A stretch of 51,809 bases of DNA from an uncultured Candidatus Saccharibacteria bacterium (GTDB lineage Bacteria; Patescibacteriota; Minisyncoccia; Minisyncoccales; GWA2-38-27), in contig CAYXZK010000021.1 of the NCBI GenBank assembly GCA_964469955.1, positions 1 through 51,809 of the forward strand, written 5' to 3'. How positions within the stretch are numbered: position 1 is the stretch's first letter; every line of letters starts with the position of its first letter. Made by a program: the position numbers and the translations under genes. Below the pieces are notes generated by a model. The model made no database searches and had not been told where the DNA came from. It saw nothing but the letters and a program-made list of their open reading frames with translations. Of the stretch, positions 8,811 through 15,820 are shown in pieces.

Positions 8811-8903
8811 AGTAATAAATAATCATCCTCTCCTTCCCGAAGACAGTCCTCCACAGAATGTGGAGGTCTGTCCTCTATTGTAATAACTAATAATTAATAA
8901 TAA

Positions 8904-8945
8904 ATGATCAATGATCAATGATCAATGATCAGTGATCAGTGATTG
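8904..8945. repeat. Tandem heptanucleotide repeat (ATGATCA x4, GTGATCA, GTGATTG)
   Basis: Read directly from the sequence. It contains five GATC / TGATCA palindromes and overlaps the last 3 codons and stop of eno. Confidence 0.9.
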
Positions 8946-10228
8946 TTTAGTTCGCGTTCTATTTTTAAAAGACGATTATATTTTGATATCCTTTCCCCTC
9001 TTGCCGGAGCTCCTGATTTAATAAAATCAGCGTTAACCCCAACCGCTAAATCAGAAATGAAATTATCACAAGTATCTCCAGACCGATGCGAAACTACAAT
9101 TCTTAAATTAGAATCTTGCGCTGTCTTAACCGCTTGAATGGTTTCCGTAACAGTCCCAATTTGATTCGGTTTAATAATCACACCCCCTACACATCTCTTT
9201 TTTATAGCTTTCTCTATTCTTGTTTTATTTGTTACGGTTAGATCATCGCCGACTAAAAATATTTTTTTAGCCTTGGTTCCAATTTTTTGATTGAATAACC
9301 CCCACGCTTGCCAATCTTGTTCCGCAAATAAGTCTTCTAAAAAAACAATTGGATATTTCTTCAGAATATCTTGATAAAAATTAAAAAGTTTTTCTCTAGT
9401 CATAAGTTTCCTGTCTATTTGATATTTTTCGTTTTTATAAAATTGAGAAGCAGCACAGTCCAGGCCAATTTTAACCTTGTTTTCATATCCAACTTTTCTG
9501 ATTGCTTTAATTATTAAGTTTAGAGCATCTTTGGTTTTTGTTAATAAAGGAGCAAATCCGCCTTCAGCGCCCACATTAGTTGCTTGGCTACCAATTTCGT
9601 CTTCTAGAATTTTCTTTAAAGTATGATAGATTTCAGTCGCTGTTTCCAAGTTTTTTGAGAAATTCTTAAAGTTTGGCACTATCATAAATTCTTGGATGTC
9701 TAAACCATTTCCAGCATGCGCTCCACCATTAATAATATTAAAACAAGGCAAAGGAATTTTAAATTTTGAGTTTGTGTTTAAAATTGAGGAAAGTTTATTT
9801 TCTTTGTTTTGTTCTACGATATTTTTAATATATTGATATAAAGGTAATTTTTCCGCGAACGCGCCTGCGCGACAAACTGCCACAGAAACCGCTAAAAGCG
9901 CGTTAGCGCCTAACTTTGATTTATCTATTGTGCCATCTAATTCAAGCATTAATTGGTCTATCTCTTTTTGCTTAATAGGATTCTTGCCGTTAAGCCGAGG
10001 CGCAATAATTTCATTAATATTTTTACTCGCTTTTAAAACTCCTTTTCCAAAATATCTTTTTTGGTTATCTCTTAATTCTTTAGCTTCATATTTTCCTTTT
10101 GAAGCACCAGAAGGAACCGAAGCCCTAAAAACTCCTAAATTTGTTTTCAATTCAGCTTCAACAGTAGGTTCTCCTCTGGAATCTAAAATTTCTTTTCCTT
10201 GAATGGATTTAATTTTAGAAAAAGCCAT
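8936..10228 (-). CDS. eno: Enolase
   Basis: 430 aa. N-terminal ILDSRGEPTVE and SHRSGDT, with enolase layout over the full length. The stop TGA at 8936-8938 was verified by hand. Confidence 0.95.
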   Translation of the reverse strand: MAFSKIKSIQGKEILDSRGEPTVEAELKTNLGVFRASVPSGASKGKYEAKELRDNQKRYFGKGVLKASKNINEIIAPRLNGKNPIKQKEIDQLMLELDGTIDKSKLGANALLAVSVAVCRAGAFAEKLPLYQYIKNIVEQNKENKLSSILNTNSKFKIPLPCFNIINGGAHAGNGLDIQEFMIVPNFKNFSKNLETATEIYHTLKKILEDEIGSQATNVGAEGGFAPLLTKTKDALNLIIKAIRKVGYENKVKIGLDCAASQFYKNEKYQIDRKLMTREKLFNFYQDILKKYPIVFLEDLFAEQDWQAWGLFNQKIGTKAKKIFLVGDDLTVTNKTRIEKAIKKRCVGGVIIKPNQIGTVTETIQAVKTAQDSNLRIVVSHRSGDTCDNFISDLAVGVNADFIKSGAPARGERISKYNRLLKIERELNNH

Positions 10229-10270
10229 GGTTAGAATATATTGATTATTACCAAAATTCTTTTTTACGAA

Positions 10271-11200
10271 TTATTGTTTTCTAATATAATTGTAAGCAGA
10301 CAGAGCTGCTTTGGCTCCTTCGCCACAAGCAGTAATAATTTGTTTATATTGGCCTATATTCGCATCGCCTGCCACGAATAAACCCGGGGTTTTAGTTTCA
10401 TAGGTTTCGAATTTAACCTTTATTTCATTTTGCTTATTGAATTCTACTAAATCTCGGACAAAAGAAGTCCGCGCGCTTCTACCTATTTCTACAAAAACAC
10501 CATTAACTGGTATGGTTTTTTGCCGATTGTTAATAACATTTTCGTAAGTTATAGATTCTACAAATTCTTTTCCATTAATTCTCTTTAAAGCAACATTGGT
10601 AATTATTTTGGCTTTATTTGCCTTCTTTAAAATTTGCTGATTTATCTTATCCGCTTTAACTTCAGAGCCGTATTCTAAGATATAAATTTTTTCAACATAA
10701 TTTGATAAAAGTATAGCTGATTCAAAACCAGCGTTTCCACCGCCAATAACAGCCACGCTTTTGTTCACAAATAAAATTCCATCGCACACAGCGCAATAGC
10801 TCACACCTTTACCTAAAAATTCTTTTTCACCCGGAATTTCTAAAGAACGATTCTCGGCGCCCGAAGCAATAATTACTGTTTTGGCTTGGATTGTTTTTTC
10901 GTTTTTAATGGTAACTAAAAACAAGTTAGTATTTTTTGTTATTCCTATGACCTCATCAAATTTAATCTCAACTTTCTGTTTTCTAAGATGATTCTCAAAT
11001 TTTTCAATCAAATCTTTTCCTAAAATTTCTTCGAACCCAGGATAATTTTCAATAGCAACAGCTTTTCCCGCAACTTGTCCGCCAAAAGATTTTGTAATCA
11101 AAAGAATTTTGGAATTTTGCCTCGCTCCATAAATACCAGCTGAAATACCTGCAGGCCCGCCACCAATAATAACAATATCGTAGATTATATTTTTTACCAT
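10271..11200 (-). CDS. trxB: Thioredoxin-disulfide reductase
   Basis: GGGPAG FAD motif, redox-active CAVCDG, GGGNAG NADPH motif, and C-terminal GDANIGQYKQ. Confidence 0.9.
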   Translation of the reverse strand: MVKNIIYDIVIIGGGPAGISAGIYGARQNSKILLITKSFGGQVAGKAVAIENYPGFEEILGKDLIEKFENHLRKQKVEIKFDEVIGITKNTNLFLVTIKNEKTIQAKTVIIASGAENRSLEIPGEKEFLGKGVSYCAVCDGILFVNKSVAVIGGGNAGFESAILLSNYVEKIYILEYGSEVKADKINQQILKKANKAKIITNVALKRINGKEFVESITYENVINNRQKTIPVNGVFVEIGRSARTSFVRDLVEFNKQNEIKVKFETYETKTPGLFVAGDANIGQYKQIITACGEGAKAALSAYNYIRKQ

Positions 11201-11264
11201 TTTATATTATTCTTTAAATATTTTCTATTAAATAAAATATCATTTCAATTATTTTTCAATTTTT

Positions 11265-11273
11265 ATTATATCA
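11265..11273 (-). promoter_or_regulatory. Extended -10 promoter (TGATATAAT) upstream of trxB
   Basis: The minus strand reads TGTGATATAAT. It predicts an ~58-nt AU-rich leader without an SD. Confidence 0.45.
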
Positions 11274-11310
11274 CAAAAACAAATAAAAAAAATCCTATGT
11301 AAAATAAAAT

Positions 11311-11338
11311 CCCCAAATAGCATTATTGCCATTTGGGG
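11311..11338 (-). terminator. Intrinsic terminator after the tandem-repeat protein gene
   Basis: CCCCAAAT/ATTTGGGG form an 8-bp stem. On the minus strand it is followed by TTTTATTTT. Confidence 0.7.
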
Positions 11339-11360
11339 ATAAAAATCAGGGATTATTATC

Positions 11361-11865
11361 TTATTCTGGCGGATTAACTTCATACACCTCCCTCATCCTC
11401 GCTTCAATTATTTCCCTGGGCTTGCTCTCAAAGGGAGCTTTGGTCCAAAGTTCCATCAGTTGGTAAGGGTTAAAGATTTCAGCATACACCTCTCTCATCC
11501 TCGCTTCAATTATTTCCCTAAGCTTGCTCTTAGGAGCGTCTATCCAAAGTATCATTAATTGATAGGGGTTAAAAATTTCAGCATACACCTCTCTCATCCT
11601 CGCTTCAATTATTTTCTCGGGCTTTCTCTCAAAGGGAGCTTTTGTCCAAAGTTCCATTAGTTGATAAGGGTTAAAAATTTCAGCATACACTTCCCTCATC
11701 CTCGCTTCAATTATTTCCCTAAGCTTGCTCTTAGGAGCGTCTATCCAGAGTTCTATTAGTTGATAAGGGTTAAAAATTTCAGCATACACCTCCCTCATCC
11801 TCGCTTCAATTATTTCCCTGAATTTGCTCTCAAAAGGAGTGTCTATCCAGAGTTCCGTTAATTGC
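11361..11865 (-). repeat. In-frame tandem DNA repeat, alternating 99- and 102-nt units (about 5 copies)
   Basis: The string 'cctcgcttcaattatttcc' recurs at about 11398, 11500, 11599, 11701 and 11800. Units are about 90% identical by eye. Confidence 0.85.
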
Positions 11866-11921
11866 TTAAGACTAAATTTTAGTATATGCTCCCGCGTTTT
11901 TAAAAATTTAAACTTGCCCAT
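11361..11921 (-). CDS. Tandem-repeat protein of unknown function (alternating 33/34-aa units)
   Basis: 186 aa made almost entirely of REIIEARMREVYAEIFNPYQL(I/M)ELW(IDAPKSKL/TKAPFESKP) units. It has its own TTGACA-17-TATTAT promoter and a downstream terminator. Confidence 0.7.
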   Translation of the reverse strand: MGKFKFLKTREHILKFSLKQLTELWIDTPFESKFREIIEARMREVYAEIFNPYQLIELWIDAPKSKLREIIEARMREVYAEIFNPYQLMELWTKAPFERKPEKIIEARMREVYAEIFNPYQLMILWIDAPKSKLREIIEARMREVYAEIFNPYQLMELWTKAPFESKPREIIEARMREVYEVNPPE

Positions 11922-12030
11922 TTTCTTTTCCCCTTTCTTTTTTTCTAAAAATTAATTATACTAACGCACCTTTGTTTCTAAATTCTTTTCATCTCCTTTT
12001 TAATTTTTAATGTTCTATTATTATATTCAT

Positions 12031-12059
12031 ATAATAATATACTTTTATGCTTTTGTCAA
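12031..12059 (-). promoter_or_regulatory. Sigma70-like promoter for the tandem-repeat protein gene
   Basis: Minus strand TTGACA (12059-12054), a 17-nt spacer, then TATTAT (12036-12031). Predicts an ~100-nt leader. Confidence 0.6.
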
Positions 12060-12134
12060 GTTTAAAATAAATACATTCAACCTATTAACATAACATTTTA
12101 CAAATTATAGATATTTTTAATTTCAAAATAAAAA

Positions 12135-12158
12135 GAGCCATGTTTATAGACTTGGCTC
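12135..12158 (-). terminator. Intrinsic terminator after the 67-aa ORF
   Basis: GAGCCA/TGGCTC stem. On the minus strand it is followed by TTTTTATTTT. Confidence 0.6.
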
Positions 12159-12267
12159 AAAGTCTTTATTTCAGCATACGCTCCTAAGCTCAGAGCTGGC
12201 TGATATAACTACCTCTGCAAAATTATCTCCTTTTTTATAGTTTTTATTTGAAAGACATTAGTTAAAC

Positions 12268-12471
12268 CTATCTAGAAGAATTTATGCTTTCAACAAATTC
12301 TCTAACTGTATCGTTTGCTATTTTAATATGGTTATCAACCCAGCGTTGCGCTCTACTTCTGGAAAAGCCAAAGTCATTAATCAGCTCCTGTGTAAATTCG
12401 TTTCTTTCTTTCTCTACATCTTGCCCTAGAAATTTTGATAAATTTCTGTTATTGATAGATTGTTTTTTCAT
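12268..12471 (-). CDS. Small hypothetical protein (67 aa)
   Basis: Strong SD (AAAAGGAGGATTAAGAG-ATG), own promoter (CTGACA-17-TATACT), and a terminator at 12135-12158. No recognisable family. Confidence 0.55.
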   Translation of the reverse strand: MKKQSINNRNLSKFLGQDVEKERNEFTQELINDFGFSRSRAQRWVDNHIKIANDTVREFVESINSSR

Positions 12472-12576
12472 CTCTTAATCCTCCTTTTTTCGTTTTAATT
12501 AAAATTAATTCATCCTTTCCCTTAAAATCTTTTCACCTCCTTTTTTTATTTTTAATGTTCTGTTTTTACTATCCGT

Positions 12577-12605
12577 AGTATAGTATACTTCTGTAATTTT
12601 GTCAG
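12577..12605 (-). promoter_or_regulatory. Sigma70-like promoter for the 67-aa ORF
   Basis: Minus strand CTGACA (12605-12600), a 17-nt spacer, then TATACT (12582-12577). Predicts an ~100-nt leader. Confidence 0.55.
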
Positions 12606-12703
12606 GTAAAAGTTTAAAGTAATTAATATAGACAGAAAATATAAACAATATTTAAAAGCCGAGAGTAAAATCTCGACTTTTTTATAGGTTTCGTTAAAAA
12701 TAA

Positions 12704-13585
12704 TTATAAAACCTTCAGTTGTTTTAGGTATTTTTTTAAATCAGGGCCATAATAAGGGTGATTTAAAGAAAGATAAAGGTTGGATTTCAGCCAATTTAAT
12801 TTAGTTCCACATTCAAGCCATTCACCCTCAAATTCATAACCATAAATAGCTTTTCCTTCTGTTAACATTTGATTTAAAGCATTAGCTAAAATTATTTCTT
12901 GAGGTTTTTTCTTTTTTTCTTTTCCCAGATAATCAAAAACTTCAGGCGTTAAAATATATTTACCGACAATCGCAAAATCAGACGGGATTTTTTCAAGGGA
13001 GGGTTTTTCTATAATTTTTTTAATTTTATAAAAACGATTAGCTATTTTTTCAACCGCGACGACTCCATAAGAAGAAAGTTTTTCTTTGGGCAAACGATGA
13101 AGGGCAATTACTGGTTTTTCGCAAGTTTTAAAAACATTTTTTAATTGTAAGATACAAGGCGTTTTTGAATATACAATATCGTCTGAAAACAAACAAGCTA
13201 TCGGTTCTTCTCCTCCAAGTTTCAATGCTTGTAAAATAGCATGCCCGTCACCCAAAGAATCTTTTTGCAAGACATAATTAAAAGAAATATTCTTAAAAAT
13301 ATCTTCAAAGTTTTTAAGCTCCTCCAAGACAGAATCTTTTTTTCTTTCCTTTAGAACCTTATTCAGCTTAGTAGAAGGTTTTAAATAATCCGCAATAATT
13401 TTCTTATTTTCGGATTTAACAATAAAAATTACCTCTTGAATCCCAGAATTTAGGGCTTCTTTAATGATATGTTGAATCATTGGAACATCCACTAATGGCC
13501 AAAATTCTTTTGGTACCACCTTAGACAGAGGCAAAAACCTTGTGCCCAATCCAGCAATAGGAATAATAACCTTTTTTATATCCAT
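12704..13585 (-). CDS. galU: UTP--glucose-1-phosphate uridylyltransferase
   Basis: MDIKKVIIPIAGLGTRFLPLSKVVPKEFWP is a canonical GalU N-terminus. The ORF track extends to 13606, but the ATG at 13585 (M8) matches the family start better. Confidence 0.88.
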   Translation of the reverse strand: MDIKKVIIPIAGLGTRFLPLSKVVPKEFWPLVDVPMIQHIIKEALNSGIQEVIFIVKSENKKIIADYLKPSTKLNKVLKERKKDSVLEELKNFEDIFKNISFNYVLQKDSLGDGHAILQALKLGGEEPIACLFSDDIVYSKTPCILQLKNVFKTCEKPVIALHRLPKEKLSSYGVVAVEKIANRFYKIKKIIEKPSLEKIPSDFAIVGKYILTPEVFDYLGKEKKKKPQEIILANALNQMLTEGKAIYGYEFEGEWLECGTKLNWLKSNLYLSLNHPYYGPDLKKYLKQLKVL

Positions 13586-13660
13586 ACACTGATAAACAAC
13601 GAACAATAATGATTACTAATCAATAACTACTCGTTGCTTTTTCGTCGCGATTTATCGCAT

Positions 13661-15610
13661 TTATATTTGTTCTTTTTTCCTTCTGAAAATAGCGGGCGTT
13701 TCCCAGACTTCTTCTTTTTTCAATATTTCTTTTTCTTCTTCTTCGGTTGCTTCTCTGACTTGCAAACCGCTCCGTCTAACTTTTCTGCTTTCGATTTCTG
13801 TTAATTCAATTAAGCTCTTTTTCTTCTCTTCTTCTGTTAAGGCATATCTTGTCTTTGGTAAAATAGTTTTTGTTTCAGGATTATCTTTTTTTTCAGAGAC
13901 TACTTCTTTATTTAAATCAGATTTTGGTTTACTGTTTTGCTTTGTTTCTTTTTCTAATTTCTTGGGTAAAACTTCACTTTTCTTGATTGCTGGCAATTTC
14001 TTAATTTTAACTTTTTGTTTTTGGTTTCCTTCCGGTTCTTCAATTCGCTCATGTTTGATTATATCTTTCTCTTTTAAAGGAATTTTAACAATTTTAATTT
14101 CGCTAGAACTATCTTTAACAATATTAATTTTTTTATTACGTTTATTTTTTTTCTTTGGTTTTTTCTTTTTAACAATAATTTTATCATTATCAGTTTTAAC
14201 TTCTGTTGAATCTTTTTTAAGATTACAACCAACCGCAAGCAATGTTATTTTGATTCTGTTTTTGAGTTTTTCGTTTTGGTTTATTCCAAAAATAATTTTA
14301 GCTTTTTTATTTATCAGTTCAGAAATTGCTTCTGATATTAAAGAAACTTCCAAGAGTTGAAGCGCTTTATCGCTGGATATGTTATATAAAATCCCTTTCG
14401 CTCCTTTAATATCATAAGGATATAGTTCGCTAAAAATTAATTTTTTAATAATTCCCGTTTCCGTATTTATTTGTGAAGAGAAAGTAGAAATAGTATCGTT
14501 TGTTCTTGTTGTATGGTTTTCAAAATTATAAAAGGAATCGTTCTCAGGAATCTTAGAGTCCTTAAAATCATTTCCGTTATTAGCTCTAATGTTATTAAGT
14601 GTCTGAGCTTCCACCGTATTAAGATAAACTAATTTTCCTTTTCCAGATAAGATTGTTTTTAAATCGGCGAAATCAATATTAATCAAACCGGACGAATATA
14701 TCATTTCGATTAATCCTTGTAAATTTTCAGTCAATCTTCTGTTAATTGAAGAGAGAGCGGTCTTCAAAGGAGCGTTTTTATCAACAATTCTAAAAATTCT
14801 TTCATTGGGAATAATAGAATAAGCGTTAAGATTTTGTTTTACTTGTTCAAGAGATTCTCTACTAATGTCCATTTTCTTTTCCCCTTCAAATTCAAACGGC
14901 AAAGTAAAAATTCCATAAGTAATACAATTTAAGTTTTTAGAAATCCTAGAGAAAACAGGTAGAGCCCCAGAGCCAGTTCCGCCTCCCAAAGAAGCAATTA
15001 AAATACAAACGTCTTGACCTTCAAAAAGTTTCTTAATTTCTTCTTTTTTATTCTCCGCAGCCAATTTGCCTATTTCGGGATTCATTCCAGCTCCAAAGCC
15101 ATCAGTCAAATCTTGTCCGAATTGAAATTTCTTAATCTTTTTTGGGGCTTTTTTAAGGGCTTGAACATCAGTATTAGCAACCACAAAATCTAATTTATTC
15201 ATTTTAAGGGCAAGTTCAGAAACGATCGAGCCTCCACCGCCTCCAATACCAATTAACCTAATCTTTGTCTTGTGAAAATCATCCTTAAAAACACTGTTTT
15301 TATTTAACTTTCTTTTTTGAATAGTTTCATTCTTTAGAATCTTTTTTGGAGTTTTCGTTCTTCTATCTACTGACATCTTACTTGTCTTTTTTACTGGATT
15401 TCTCTTTATAATTTTTTTAATTTTTCCGGTTTTCTTAATTTTCTTTATGTTTTTAACTTTCTTAGCTCTCTCAATTTTTTGAGAAAAATTCTTTTTTTGC
15501 ATTTCTTTCTTTTTACCTGAATATTTAACAGAATTTATTTTTCTAATCTTTTTCTTTTTAGATAAACGCGTGTTTAACTTCTTTAATTTTTTTAATTTTT
15601 TTGTAACCAT
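13661..15610 (-). CDS. ftsZ: FtsZ with Lys-rich N-terminal extension, internal insertion and long charged C-terminal linker
   Basis: GIGGGGGS, ANTD, GAGMNPEIG, tubulin signature GGGTGSG, and NIDFADL. The C-terminal peptide ETPAIFRRKK resembles the conserved FtsA-binding tail. 649 aa if ATG 15610 is used; alternative starts are at 15502 and 15376. Confidence 0.85.
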   Translation of the reverse strand: MVTKKLKKLKKLNTRLSKKKKIRKINSVKYSGKKKEMQKKNFSQKIERAKKVKNIKKIKKTGKIKKIIKRNPVKKTSKMSVDRRTKTPKKILKNETIQKRKLNKNSVFKDDFHKTKIRLIGIGGGGGSIVSELALKMNKLDFVVANTDVQALKKAPKKIKKFQFGQDLTDGFGAGMNPEIGKLAAENKKEEIKKLFEGQDVCILIASLGGGTGSGALPVFSRISKNLNCITYGIFTLPFEFEGEKKMDISRESLEQVKQNLNAYSIIPNERIFRIVDKNAPLKTALSSINRRLTENLQGLIEMIYSSGLINIDFADLKTILSGKGKLVYLNTVEAQTLNNIRANNGNDFKDSKIPENDSFYNFENHTTRTNDTISTFSSQINTETGIIKKLIFSELYPYDIKGAKGILYNISSDKALQLLEVSLISEAISELINKKAKIIFGINQNEKLKNRIKITLLAVGCNLKKDSTEVKTDNDKIIVKKKKPKKKNKRNKKINIVKDSSSEIKIVKIPLKEKDIIKHERIEEPEGNQKQKVKIKKLPAIKKSEVLPKKLEKETKQNSKPKSDLNKEVVSEKKDNPETKTILPKTRYALTEEEKKKSLIELTEIESRKVRRSGLQVREATEEEEKEILKKEEVWETPAIFRRKKEQI

Positions 15611-15701
15611 TAGACTAATTTAAGATTATTATATGTATATAATAACTTGTTTAAATCTCTAAATCAAGAGGTGCAGCATTTTATTCGGTCCGGATTATTT
15701 T

Positions 15702-15794
15702 GTTGGCCATGCATCATAGTTGGCCATGCGATGGCCAACCAGCGATGGCCGACCAGCGGCCAACCAGTGGCCAACAAGCACGATGGTCAACAGG
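15702..15794. repeat. REP-like palindrome cluster 1
   Basis: Perfect GTTGGCCATGCGATGGCCAAC at 15719-15739, plus half-sites (GTTGGCCATGC, ATGGCCGAC, GGCCAAC x2, ATGGTCAAC). It is a GC-rich island between ftsZ and the helicase gene. Confidence 0.9.
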
Positions 15795-15820
15795 TAATCA
15801 GCCAAAAACCAATTTAAAAA

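Noticed and set aside
12159-12267. Tiny SD-preceded ORFs in the 3' UTR of the 67-aa gene (for example AGGAGCGT-ATG CTG AAA TAA).
   Set aside because: They are only 2-3 codons long and there is no second example, so they are indistinguishable from chance in this window.
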